From: Dendrobates tinctorius
Lineage: Eukaryota
Direction of reading: 5' to 3'
DNA length: 64,000 bases
Assembly: GCF_039654945.1 (NCBI RefSeq)
Contig: NW_027361810.1
Location: forward strand, 3,224,001 to 3,288,000
This document shows positions 42,211 to 55,170 of this stretch, piece by piece (within the stretch, counting starts at the first letter, position 1; each line of letters begins with the position of its first letter). A model generated the notes under the pieces. The model was not told the DNA's origin. It saw only the letters and a program-made list of their open reading frames with translations, and did not search any database. The position numbers and the translations under genes are program-made.

Positions 42211-42507
42211 CCTGTGTGCACACGCTGCGGATTGTCCTGCGGATTTTGCTATGGACCGCCATATGGACACCTGCGGTGTATCTGCAGTTTTTCCCCTGCG
42301 GTTTGACACCTGTCATGGAGCAGGTGCCAAACCGCAGCGGAATCCGCACAAAGATTTGACATGCCGCAGTTTTGAAACAGCAGCAAATCCGTGCGGAAAA
42401 TTCCGCACCGTCTGCACTGCGGTTTTTAATTACCGTTGATTTTAATGATCCTGTACACCGCACACAGGACCAAAACCGCTGCAGATCCGCAGCGTGTGTA
42501 CACACCC
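42211..42507. mobile_element. Harbinger-type MITE (GTGCACACGCTGCGG family), degenerate
   Basis: TGTGTGCACACGCTGCGGAT ... ATCCGCAGCGTGTGTACACA. Confidence 0.7.
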
Positions 42508-42651
42508 TGACGGGCACAGTCCTTGATACAGTATAATACAGATCCCATGTAGTATATACAGGTGCATGCCACAGACTTAGAATATCATCAAAAAGTTATT
42601 TATTTCAGTTCAATACAAAAAGTGAATCTCATATTCCATTATTACATAGAG

Positions 42652-43830
42652 TGTCACGTACCGGCTTCTCAACACGCGAATTGGGGTTGCACCTGCAAGG
42701 GTTAATCCATCTCCTCTCACTCGGTGCAGCATTCAACCTGTGTTCTATGCTGCAATTAGAGCATAAATCACACCCCGACACAGACCACACACCTTGGTCA
42801 CACACGCTGCCACCACTCACCGAACACACGGGCGATGAGTACCGGAGATGATACTACTACTATGTGCCAGTCACCAGGAGCGCACACTCTAAGGCTATGG
42901 ATTCTTTAGAGCATACAAGGTTCAAACCTATTAAAGTTTTAAGCTTTAATAGAAAAGGTACAGTGCTTACAATAAAAAGATATTAAAAAAAAAAAATGGA
43001 ACTAAAAAGTGACATTCAAATATGCCAAACAGTGATAAAATTAAAGGGAGAAACTTACAGAAATGTCTAAACTTTGCAGTCTGGCATTCTGCTCCCTGGG
43101 GGGGGGGATAATTATGGAATGGCTCACACCAGCTTGGCTGTCCCTAATTTATAGATTTAATCTGGAGATCAGATTTCTAGACCGGCCTCTCATGTTAATA
43201 TTCCAATTGCTGATTTGTGACTGGATCATGGCGACTCGACCAATGAATAAATTATTTTTCTCTGAATTCTGTTTGTATAACTTTTCTTTCTCATAGTAAA
43301 TACAGTGTCAGGCTGTGTGCACACGCTGCGGATTAGGTGCGGATTCATCCGCGCGGATTTTGTAAAATCCGCAGGTGAAACCGCAGGTCAAAATACCTGC
43401 AGTTTTACCTGCGGATTGCTCTGCGGTTTTTCCATCTCCTCAATGGAGGAGATGGCAAACCGCAGCAGAATCCGCACAAAGAATTGACATGTCAATTCTT
43501 TCTGCGGATTGAAAACCGCAGATAATCCGTGCGGAAAATTCCACACCGTCTGCACTGTGGTTTTTGATTCCCATAGGGAATCATTGTACTGTACACCGCA
43601 GCAAAATCCGCAGCGTGTGCACACAGCCTCAGGCTGCATTTTGGCATCTCACTGCAGAGGCACCAGAAGTTGTGAAATGTCCCCAATTCTGTGTGCTCTT
43701 AGGAAGGCCCCCCTGGGGTTGAGACCTTGAAAACTGTTTTTTCTGAGTATAACACAGGTCAAGACCTTTGTGAAGGGCTGCAGCCTAGAACAGATGCCAA
43801 TTTAATACTGGTCATACATATTTCACTACA
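42652..43830. mobile_element. Probable solo LTR inserted in the left Tc1 TIR
   Basis: TG...CA termini; 5-bp TSD TAGAG/TAGCG; removing it restores TAGAGTCATTAC as seen in the right TIR. Confidence 0.65.
43311..43628. mobile_element. Harbinger-type MITE inside the solo LTR
   Basis: TCA|GGCTGTGTGCACACGCTGCGGATT ... AATCCGCAGCGTGTGCACACAGCC|TCA. Confidence 0.88.
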
Positions 43831-46800
43831 TAGCGTCATTACAGAGTGATCTATGTCACGTGTTTATTTCTGTTAATGTTGATGATTATGGCTTACAGCC
43901 AATGAGAACCCAAAAGTCATTATCTCAGTAAATTAGAATATTTCATAACACCAGCTTAAAAAATTATTTTACAATCCGAAATGTTGGCCTACTGAAGTGT
44001 ATGACCTACACCAGCAGATGACATGGCTCCCCAAACCATCACTGATGGTGGAGACTTCACACTAGACCTGCAGCAGCTTGGATTGTGGCCTCCACTCTTC
44101 CTCCAGACTCTGGGACCGCGATTTCCAAGGTCTAGTGTGAAGTCTCCACCATCAGTGATGGTTTGGGGAGCCATGTCATCTGCTGGTGGAGGTCCACTGT
44201 GTTTTATCAAGACCAAAGTCAGAGCAGCCGTCTACCAGGACATTTTAGAGCACTTCATGCTTCCCTCTGCCGACAAGCTTTATGGAGATGGAAAGGTCAT
44301 TCTCCAGCAGGACTTGGCCCCTGTCCACACGGCCAAAAGTACCAATACCTGGTGTACACACAACAGTATCACTGGGCTTGATTGGCAGCAAACTCGCCTG
44401 ACCTTAACCTCATAGAGAATATATGGAGTATTGTCAGGAGGAAGATGAGAGACACCAGACCCAACAATGCAGACGAGCTGAAGGCTGCAATCAAAGCAAC
44501 CTGGGCTTCCATAACCCCTCAGCAGTGCCACAGGCTGATCGCCTCCATGCCACACCGCATTGATGCAGGAATTGATGTAAAAAGGAGCCCGACCAAGTAT
44601 TGAGGGCATTTACTGAACAGACATTTCAGTAGGACAACATTTCAGATTTTAAAATCATTTTTCATGCTGGTGTTATAAAGTATTCTAATTTACTGAGATA
44701 ATGACTTTTGGTTTTCATTGGCTGTAAGCCATAATAATCAACATTAACAGAAATAAACCCGTGAAATAGATCACTCTGTGTGTAATGACTCTACAGAATA
44801 GAGGAGAGTCACTTTTTGTATAAAAAACTGAAATAAATTCACTTTTTGATGATATTCTTATTTTGTGAGAAGCACCTGTATAGTATAATGCACTCCCCAT
44901 GGTCCTTGATAGAGTATAATGCAGCCCCCGTCAGGGCACACTGCAGCCACACACACACATAGTATAATGCAGCCCCCGCATTCATTCACACACACTATAC
45001 TCACCTCTCCTCCTTGTTTCCCGTACTGCTCCAGGCTCTGCTCCGGTCTCATTGGCTCCACTGCTGGCACACAATGAAGTGACGTCATCACGCAACGGCT
45101 GAGTCAGAGGCAGAGGGGGAGTGATGGGTGAGGGAGTGTCATGTGACGCTTTCAACTGTATTGGCGTCTAGGACGCTGATAAGTTGAACGAGCGAATGGG
45201 GGGGGGGGGGTTGGAGCTCCTCTAACTGGCCCCATAGCGGCTGCGTGGTGTTGTGCTATTAGCGCACACCACTGGCTCAGCTGGGGGTCCCTCGAGGAGC
45301 GGACACCTGGTCTGCCTGCCCCCAACACTGGCCCTGCAGAGCTCATATGTCAGCAGGTGTACTAGTCCTTTAGTAATAGTCTCCTTCTGATAGAACTGCA
45401 GCAAGCGGCCAAGTAAACGACACATTGCTGGAATCAGGGTCTCCGTCTCTACATTATGCTGCTCTCAGATCGGGGAGCAAAAACCTGGTGACAGATTCCC
45501 TTTAAATCCCAGCACAAGCTACGCAGGATCCCATACATCTATGGGGCACATTTGGACACGTGGCTCCCGGGCCGTTTCGTGGGCGGTTGTGCGGTTTACA
45601 CGGGCTTTGGACTCGGACACTGGACCTGTTGTCAGATAAAATTATTCCGGTTTATGAGACAGAACAGATTCCTGATTACCAGTGGTCTGCAGAGCTGTAG
45701 AATGAACCTGTGAATGCCGATGTAAAGCGACTTATGATTCCACATTCCCTGCAGATCCATAAGACCTGGAGCCCCGATACCTCAGAGCTACACCTCTATA
45801 TAGAAGCTGTAACTGGCGCATGCCAGCGCCGCGTCGGGGTAACGAGCAGCGCCATTCACCAGAGCAGCTAATAACTAAAAATCTGCTGTGCGAAGCCACC
45901 GAGCGTCATCGTGTCTCCGGTAATGAATCACAAGAGCCGAGCTGAGACCTCACTCGCTATGAGACACGTCCGGAGCCATCTGCCCCGCACCAAGAATCGC
46001 CCTGCGGAATTACTGAAGAGTCCTAACCCCAGGCCACATCTGCACCGCTGATCAGACAGACGGCACCGCTGGCAAGGGGCAGAGCGCTGTTCAGCCGCCC
46101 GGCGGTCCAGGCGCTCGGCTGGATTTGCATCCGTGGTTTATGCACACAGGAAATGTCATGAGTGGATGCAGAAGTTCACTGTGGAGAGTGAAGGGTTAAC
46201 AGTGCAAGGGGTTATTACTGGGTGGGCAACATATTCCCCATTAACATGATAAGTGATCCCCAGAAATCTGCAGGTTAAGAGACTGCCGGGACCCCCACTG
46301 ATCGCGGGAACAGACCTCTGAAATGCACTGGTAGAATGGAGCAGTGGCCGCATATGTGCACCAAGTCTATGGGGCGGGGGAGCATGTGGGGTCCCAGGAA
46401 TCAGCAATTTATTGCCTATTCGGTGGCCTCTTGGCAATAACCCTTTGTAGATGGTCTACTCTAGTGGTCTCCAACCTGCGGCCTTCCAGCTGTTGAGAAA
46501 CTACAACCCCCAGCATGCTCCAAGATCTTGAATTCCAGAGTAACTCATTAACAGATCTTGGGTGAGAACCAAAAAACGCTGCTCTCTCCGGCTGAAATTC
46601 ATAAACCACACAACTGATCGTTACAATCTTCCGCTGTGTCAGTCTCTACTGTTGTACAAGAATTCTATTCAGGAACAAGGAGGCTCAGGATGAGCAGAAT
46701 CCACCCATATAGTTCATAGAAACAGGAATATGAAAAAAAAAAAATTCACATAAACCCAGAGATTGCTATGTAAGGAATGACGAGGATATGCCGGCAGCGC

Positions 46801-46930
46801 CAACTGTCAGGTCCCCGCCCAGCACTGTAGTCCGGCCTAGAAGGGGCTAAATATAGCGGCTCCGTAATAAAAAGATGAAAGGTATTCACTAAAAATAATG
46901 GCGTCTGCCGAATGCAGGACAAAGAATATA

Positions 46931-47790
46931 CTGTACTGATATAACCCCCAGACATTACACCATATGTGACTGATATCAGCCCCTCTTATAACGCTCCAGT
47001 ACTGATATAACCCCCAGACATTACACCATATGTGACTGATATCAGCCCCTCTTATAACGCTCCAGTACTGATATAACCCCCAGACATTACACCATATGTG
47101 ACTGATATCAGCCCCTCTTATAACACTCCAGTACTGATATAACCTCCAGACATTACACCATATGTGACTGATATCAGCCTCTTATAACGCTCCAGTACTG
47201 ATATAACCTCCAGACATTACACCATATGTGATTGATATCAGCCCCTCTTATAACGCTCCAGTACTGATATAACCTCCAGACATTACACCATATGTGATTG
47301 ATATCAGCCCCTCTTATAACACTCCAGTACTGATATAACCTCCAGACATTACACCATATGTGACTGATATCAGCCTCTTATAACGCTCCAGTACTGATAT
47401 AACCTCCAGACATTACACCATATGTGACTGATATCAGCCTCTCTTATAACGCTCCAGTGCTGATATAACCCCCAGACATTACACCATATGTGACTGATAT
47501 CAGCCCCTCTTATAACGCTCCAGTACTGATATAACCTCCAGACATTACACCATATGTGACTGATATCAGCCTCTCTTATAACGCTCCAGTGCTGATATAA
47601 CCCCCAGACATTACACCATATGTGACTGATATCAGCCCCTCTTATAACGCTCCAGTACTGATATAACCTCCAGACATTACACCATATGTGACTGATATCA
47701 GCCCCTCTTATAACGCTCCAGTGCTGATATAACCCCCAGACATTACACCATATGTGACTGATATCAGCCCCTCTTATAACGCTCCAGTAC
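46931..47790. repeat. 66-bp minisatellite, about 13 copies
   Basis: Unit AGTACTGATATAACCCCCAGACATTACACCATATGTGACTGATATCAGCCCCTCTTATAACGCTCC. Confidence 0.93.
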
Positions 47791-48555
47791 TATTAGGGGC
47801 TTCTTCTATGTTGTGGAGCAGGAGGTTCCTCCGATGTTATGCACTATATTGATTATTCGGGGGGGGGATCTGCCGTTGGTTTTGGCCGCCATCTTGCACC
47901 TCACAATTCTATCCTGTCCAAGGAAGAAGACCAGGAACCCCCCTTGTGTGCTAATGATGGTATCACCATGGAGACCCCGATCACCGCTCCCGCATCCAGA
48001 TCGTACTGAACATTACTGTGAAAACAGAAAAAAAAATAATTTGATGGCGAGGAGCAGAAGAGGAGGATGGGGGAGATGGTGGTGGAGGACGATGCTCCTC
48101 TCCCTCCATCCCACATTGTCTACAGTAGTGGATACACAGTAACCACTGACCGGGGGGGGGGGGGGGGGCAGTCCACAAGCACAGACCCTGATGGATTCTG
48201 ACTTTAATGGGGACCAGTGTTCTGGTATTTTTTCAGGAGGAATCACACCGACACATTGTAGCAAAGGATCAGCTCAGGAGGAGGAGATCTGTGCATCCAT
48301 TACTCACATGTATTGTAACGAACCTTCAGCTGTCAGATTAGGTCAACTATCAACCTCCTCATTCACAGACCACAAGCGGAGTGATGTGAAGTATACTAGA
48401 GAGCTGCAGAGGTCGTTTTACAATTCAGATTTATTCTGGAGTCTGAACTGTATTATAAGGAAATTCAGGCACCAAAGTGGTAAATCAGTTTGGAAGAGTC
48501 AGGTCTCATTCAGACAGAAGGAATTTTTCTTGTACACAAAAAACAATTTAAGCGA

Positions 48556-48710
48556 CAGCAGCGTCCCGCCGTCAGCAGCAGCGTCCCGCCGTCAGCAGCA
48601 GCGTCCCGCCGTCAGCAGCAGCGTCCCGCCGTCAGCAGCAGCGTCCCGCCGTCAGCAGCAGCGTCCCGCCGTCAGCAGCAGCGTCCCGCCGTCAGCAGCA
48701 GCGTCGTCAG
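48556..48710. repeat. 20-bp CpG-rich minisatellite
   Basis: CAGCAGCGTCCCGCCGTCAG, about 7.5 copies. Confidence 0.92.
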
Positions 48711-49439
48711 TTTTTACTACTTTCTTTTATGCAAATAAAAGCCCACCCCAAATTACTGGAGAGCAATACAGACGGCAGCCCCCGCTGAGCTGAAGGTGTG
48801 GCTACCAGGAGAAAATGTCCTTTATTCCTTCCAGGAGTCACCGGCCTTCAGCCATACTGTGTGCACAGAGCGGCTACAGAAATGGCGCAGTGTCCAGTGA
48901 CTGGCAGCAGCACAGGCAGTTTGATTGACAGATGACGCTGCAATGTATCTGTGCACAGCGACGGGTCAAAGTGACGGGCGTGCCGACAGCTGCGCGTGTA
49001 GACAGAATCGGCTACCTACCGCGTCACCAAGGCTGAAAGCTGGCGGCTGCAGGTCGGAAAATAAAGTTCATTTCCTCCCAGGAGCCACACGTTCAGTACA
49101 GCGGCTGGACGGCTTAGTAACGCTGCTAGCCTGCAGACTAATAGCAGAAACCAGGTTTACACAATGCATTTGGGATACCTTGTGTGATTTTCCAAATATG
49201 TGGACAGAATTTAAGCAATTTTACATTGTTTACAGAAAATGTGGCAAAAAACAAAGATGCATTGTGTCAACTCGGCTTTTTTCTGTTTATACCTGCAATA
49301 TATTGTGTGCGGACAGCAGCCGGTGTGATCAGATGCTGCATGGAGCGCAATTACTTAATAAGACCATTATTGTGATCGATGTCATCTCCTCCTATCAGAA
49401 GTCATAACAGAGGAGGCAACAGGAATCTCACCGGCATTA

Positions 49440-49744
49440 GGCTGTGTGCACACGCTGCGGATTAGGTGCGGATTCATCCGCGCGGATTTTGTAAAATCCC
49501 CAGGTCAAAATACCTGCGGTTTTACCTGCGGATTGCTCTGCGGTTTTTCATCTCCTCAATGGAGGAGATGGCAAGCCGCAGGGGAACCCGCAGAAAGAAT
49601 TGACATGTCAATTCTTTCTGCGGACTGAAAACCGCAGATAATCCGCGCGGAAAATTCCGCACCGTCTGCACTGCAGTTTTTGATTCCCATAGGGAATAAT
49701 GGTACTGTACACCGCAGCAAAATCCGCAGCGTGTGCACACAGCC
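49440..49744. mobile_element. Harbinger-type MITE, sister of 43311-43628
   Basis: TTA TSD, same TIRs, closely similar internal sequence. Confidence 0.88.
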
Positions 49745-51428
49745 TTAGACTAGGGGCTGTGTGTGGCGGCCTGGACCCGACGCCCATGCACACAGGTGGA
49801 ATGCTATGAGGGTAACAGTGGGATTTACACTTTAGGATCCAGTGTGGAGACCCATTAGGTCACATGTCAGGGAACTGATCGTAAAGCACAATCGTAATAG
49901 ATCTTCCGAAATCAATCCTTGTTGGAGTGAAAACGATTTACGAACAGGAGCGAGAGGTATGAATATTTCTTAGATTTCATGACACGCTTACACTGCCGGT
50001 GCCATCCCCGTCGTCCCGCACAGCAGCACATGGTGACGCCGAGTCCCTGCGGCCGCGTGACAGGCGCTTCACCTAGCGTCATACGACCTGCGCACGGCTC
50101 GGCAATAAATGGGCCCAGTGTGCAGTGACGTTTTTGTATCAGTTTTGTTCTGAGACAAATTAACAAACTCTTAAATCAATTGTTTTCCCTTTTTTACAGA
50201 ATATGTATCAAAAACAACTAACCTTCAGGTGCGGTTGCCGCCTTACACCCCAATATAGGTTTTTAAGCTTAGTATAAAAGATAACAATGACCCCCATCAT
50301 CCGTTGTAATAGTTTTTGTCATTGTCACTTATCAGATTTAAGGAAAAGCAACGATAGCAAAGTGTAAGGGAATGTTCTCACAAAGCTTTTTTTTTTTTTA
50401 AGCAGCTTTTTTTCTGCAAGGAAGATGCAGGCTACTGTTTGGAAAATGTAAAGTAAACTAATTTTTTTATGCCTTTTTCATCTCATTGGTGAACAGCTGA
50501 AGTGAAAATTCAGAAAGAATTGACTTGCAGCGTGTTTTTCCCTTTAAACTCCACTACAAGTGAATTGTAGAAATCCCATTTACTTTACTCTTCTTGTAAA
50601 ATGTGCAGAAGATAAAAAAAAACGCAACGTGTGAAGAAGCCCTTGGGAGTCCCAGCAGATCTACCCCTCATCAGAGATCTCTGTTATATAGGTAATATGT
50701 GTCTGCAGTCTGAGGTCATCCAGACATTTGTATCCTCTGCTGGGAATTATTGGGAATCTTAATCCATAGACACTCACAGATTATACGGTGAGTGAGAACT
50801 AAATGGGAGTCTCCACAGCAAGCTCTGCGCAGGCACCGAACCAGCAGGGAGAACGCGGAGGCTCAAACCTCCTGTGCGTGAATATTATATACATCTCATT
50901 TATTATGCACATGTCTTAAGATAAAATACAATTCCATCTATATTTTATGGGATTTAGCGATATTTGAGGTTATTGTGGGGGAGATCTACAGAACCGACCT
51001 CCCTGCTGGAGCAGTCACCGTATTGGATAGAGGGTCAGGGTCCGCTTCCTTCAGCCCTCTGCCTCTACATTTAGGGCCTTTCAAGGTCACATGATAACTT
51101 TTTCTTTTTACTTAAAATCCTGTGTTTGGTAATCCAGAGACCTCATTACATGATTTCTGTTTATACAGCACTTAGCATAAGTGACTTTCTAGATTCTGAA
51201 ACAGATTTTTATGAAGATTGCTACAGCAACAAGCGAGATGGCGCAGCATCGTTGCACGGATCAACCTCCTCCGTTGTCGGGATGCGGCTTGAGAACCACT
51301 GCAACAGATCGCAGATGTCTCAGATTTTCTATTGCTGGTCGCAAGTCAAACGCTATCATGCAAGTCACACGCCATCGCAACGCGCCTGTGACGTTTCCGT
51401 TTTATTCACAGCAAAATCAGAGCTCTAA

Positions 51429-52318
51429 GGCCAAGTGCCCACGTTGCAGAAATGCTGCAGAATTGTCCGCAGCTCCGCAACTCCCCGCTGCAGGTAAAAC
51501 GCATGCGGAATTCACATGCGTTTTCCCACAAAACACAAGCTTTTTTTTTTAGCTTGCAGAATGCTAGCGCTTTCCAAGTGATTTGAAGCATCGCTTGGAA
51601 AAGTGATTGACAGGTTGGTCACAGGCATAGCGCTTGACGAGTGTGACCAACCTTTTACTATTGATGCGGCCTATGCAGCATCAATAGTAAGAGATAGAAT
51701 GTTAAAAATAAATAAAAATAATAGGGATATACTTGCCCTCTGTCAGCCCCCGGAGTCCTTCTGGCCCTCAGCAGCGCTGCCAACAAGTTCCGTTCCCAGG
51801 AGTGCTTTGCGCGAAGGACCTTTGATGACGTCGCGGTCACACGACGTCAAAGGTCATTCGCGCAGGAACTTGTTGGCAGCGCTGCTGAGGGCCGGAAGGA
51901 CTCCAGGGGCTGACAGAGGGTGAGTATATCCCAATTTTTTATTTTAACTCTATTTTTACAGGATTATGGTACCCAGGGCCTGGAGGACAGTCTCCTCTCC
52001 TCCGGACCGTGTGTACCATCCGCACATGAAACGCTCACTTTTCGTATGGTGAGCATGGCCACATGCATAAAGTGAGCTTTTCAATGCAATCCTATGGCGG
52101 CAGAATCGCCACGATTCCGCAAAATTGATGGACATGCTGCGGATTTTACCGCGGTGCGATTCCGCAGAGGAAACATCCACAGCATGGGCACAGTAATTGC
52201 GGATTGCGTTGAAAATCAATGTATGTGATGCGTTTTGTTAACATTTTTTAAGAGTTTCCACAGTGGCAAAAATGTGGCGGAAACACTTAAAAAAAAAATG
52301 CAACGTGGGCACACCGCC
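51429..52318. mobile_element. Harbinger-type MITE with central hairpin
   Basis: TAA TSD; GTGCCCACGTTGCA / TGCAACGTGGGCAC; internal palindrome about 51735-51920. Confidence 0.8.
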
Positions 52319-52898
52319 TAATATTGTGCCACAAAAGCAAATCGCAGACAAGTTGCTCAAGTTGTTTTTAAATACAGCCGCTCTCACACAGCTGTCTGGC
52401 AATGTGTCAGCATCTTCATTCAACAACAATTATTATCGAATGGGGCTGAGCTGCAGTACAACAAACCACCAGTTGACAGGTGTGGCGCTGTTTGGGGGAG
52501 GAAAGCAGCAGAGTTTTCCTAACCTTGCTCATTAGAACTCATTGCGTAGCTTGACGTTCTAGATTCCGCATTCAGGATTGTGCACACTCCCGCTTATCTG
52601 GTGCCCTGTATAGCATTTTTTACATTCTAAGATACAGCACTCAGCCCTGTTGGCCAAACAGAAAGTGAAGGAAGAGCCGTCCATTCCTTCCACCCACAAG
52701 AACAGTTTCTGCAGATTCCCCTCACCAAACTTTTTCCTTATTTGACAAAAGTTAATTACTGCAAAAGGTGGGAAAATTAGTCCCCCCATCGCCCCATTTT
52801 TCATTCTGGTGGGGATCCGGTGTCAAAACCAAACAGACCTGACACAACTAACAGAAAACTGTCACGTCACTGGCAGAATGAGTGAGCACATTACAACT

Positions 52899-53247
52899 CT
52901 GGACCAGGCGCCGGCCCCTGGGCTGCAACATGACTGACTGGACCAGGCGCCGGCCCCTGGGCTGCAACATGACTGACTGGACCAGGCGCCGGCCCCTGGG
53001 CTGCAACATGACTGACTGGACCAGGCGCCGGCCCCTGGGCTGCAACATGACTGACTGGACCAGGCGCCGGCCCCTGGGCTGCAACATGACTGACTGGACC
53101 AGGCGCCGGCCCCTGGGCTGCAACATGACTGACTGGACCAGGCGCCGGCCCCTGGGCTGCAACATGACTGACTGGACCAGGCGCCGGCCCCTGGGCTGCA
53201 ACATGACTGACTGGACCAGGCGCCGGCCCCTGGGCTGCAACATGACT
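52899..53247. repeat. 39-bp minisatellite, 9 essentially identical copies
   Basis: CTGGACCAGGCGCCGGCCCCTGGGCTGCAACATGACTGA. Confidence 0.95.
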
Positions 53248-53820
53248 CAGACATCACCCAGCACAATGTGCAGCACTACAAGTCCCAGTCTACCCTGTGA
53301 CAAGAGTTTCTCAGCAGGTGGAGACCTGAACATATATGCAATTCTTATATAAATGGAACAGTCCCATGCAAATTGCTATTATTTCCTAAGGGAGCCACAC
53401 AAACTGATAAAGCATTCTCTAACAGGACGTCGCGGCTCAGACAAGTTAGGACCACAGAGATCAGATCTTCAGTCTTGATGAGAAGTTTTTTCATTTATAT
53501 TAAGCAGAAAAAGAAATAAAGAATGAAAAACAAAAAACTCCCCCAAACAACTCATTATTAACCCTTCCATAGGTCACTCCTCCATGGTCTCCAGAGGATC
53601 ACCCTGGGGGATGTAGTGAGGGTCTGGAGCAGTTAACCCCTGCATGCCTGGGCAGAAGCACTTTTGCTTTTTAGTAATTGACACTTCTCTGCAGACTCTG
53701 GGCCCCCCCCCACCCCAGGAACAGGGAGTATCAGGTCTGGCAGCAGTGACAGGGTTAACCACTGATGAAGAGGAGCTCACTGCAGATTCCTTCCTGCCAT
53801 CCCCTTGTATCTGTGCCCAA

Positions 53821-55170
53821 CTGTGGCCCCTCACTTCATGCTGTGCGGGGTCCCTGTGCCCCCCAGCCCTGTGACATGGGGCTGCTGCCCGGTACTCACC
53901 AGCTGTGGCCCCTCACTTCATGCTGTGCGGGGTCCCTGTGGCCCCAGCTCTGTGACATGGGGCTGCTGCCCGGTACTCACCAGCTGTGGCCCCTCACTTC
54001 ATGCTGTGCGGGGTCCCTGTGGCCCCAGCTCTGTGACATGGGGCTGCTGCCCGGTACTCACCAGCTGCGGCCCCTCACTTCATGCTGTGCGGGGTCCCTG
54101 TGGCCCCCAGCCCTGTGACATGGGGCTGCTGCCCGGTACTCACCAGCTGTGGCCCCTCACTTCATGCTGTGCGGGGTCCCTGTGGCCCCAGCTCTGTGAC
54201 ATGGGGCTGCTGCCCGGTACTCACCAGCTGCGGCCCCTCACTTCATGCTGTGCGGGGTCCCTGTGGCCCCAGCTCTGTGACATGGGGCTGCTGCCCGGTA
54301 CTCACCAGCTGTGGCCCCTCACTTCATGCTGTGCGGGGTCCCTGTGGCCCCAGCTCTGTGACATGGGGCTGCTGCCCGGTACTCACCAGCTGTGGCCCCT
54401 CACTTCATGCTGTGCGGGGTCCCTGTGCCCCCCAGCCCTGTGACATGGGGCTGCTGCCTGGTACTCACCAGCTGTGGCCCCTCACTTCATGCTGTGCGGG
54501 GTCCCTGCGGCCCCAGCTGTGACATGGGGCTGCTGCCCGGTACTCACCAGCTGCGGCCCCTCACTTCATGCTGTGCGGGGTCCCTGTGGCCCCCAGCCCT
54601 GTGACATGGGGCTGCTGCCCGGTACTCACCAGCTGTGGCCCCTCACTTCATGCTGTGCGGGGTCCCTGTGGCCCCAGCTCTGTGACATGGGGCTGCTGCC
54701 CGGTACTCACCAGCTGTGGCCCCTCACTTCATGCTGTGCGGGGTCCCTGTGGCCCCAGCTCTGTGACATGGGGCTGCTGCCCGGTACTCACCAGCTGCGG
54801 CCCCTCACTTCATGCTGTGCGGGGTCCCTGTGGCCCCAGCCCTGTGACATGGGGCTGCTGCCCGGTACTCACCAGCTGTGGCCCCTCACTTCATGCTGTG
54901 CGGGGTCCCTGTGGCCCCAGCTCTGTGACATGGGACTGCTGCCCGGTACTCACCAGCTGCGGCCCCTCACTTCATGCTGTGCGGGGTCCCTGTGGCCCCA
55001 GCTCTGTGACATGGGACTGCTGCCCGGTACTCACCAGCTGCGGCCCCTCACTTCATGCTGTGCGGGGTCCCTGTGGCCCCCAGCCCTGTGACATGGGGCT
55101 GCTGCCCGGTACTCACCAGCTGTGGCCCCTCACTTCATGCTGTGCGGGGTCCCTGTGGCCCCAGCTCTGT
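53821..55170 (-). repeat. 81/82-bp tandem array carrying 16 splice-donor motifs
   Basis: Each unit on - reads ...CAGCATGAAGTGAGGGGCCACAGCTG|GTGAGTACCGGGCAGCAGCCCCATGTCACAG... Confidence 0.93.

Larger units (their letters stand above)
42559..44878 (+). mobile_element. Internally deleted and rearranged Tc1 element
   Basis: TA|CAGGTGC ... GCACCTG|TA; long TIRs; transposase remnants VMVWGAMS, QQDLAP, SPDLNLIENIW, PTKY*. Confidence 0.85.
42036..45336. mobile_element. Non-autonomous hAT-type element
   Basis: 8-bp TSD CAGAGCTC (42028-42035 and 45337-45344); TIR CAGGGCCGGT / ACTGGCCCTG. Confidence 0.8.
41788..45501. mobile_element. T2/Kolobok-type MITE, outermost layer of a nested stack
   Basis: TTAA|AGGGAATCTG ... 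CAGATTCCCT|TTAA with matching subterminal arms. Confidence 0.8.

Noticed and set aside
53821-55170. Array as tandem micro-exons using CACAG as acceptors
   Set aside because: Donor-to-AG distance is only about 31 nt with no polypyrimidine tract, too short for a vertebrate intron.
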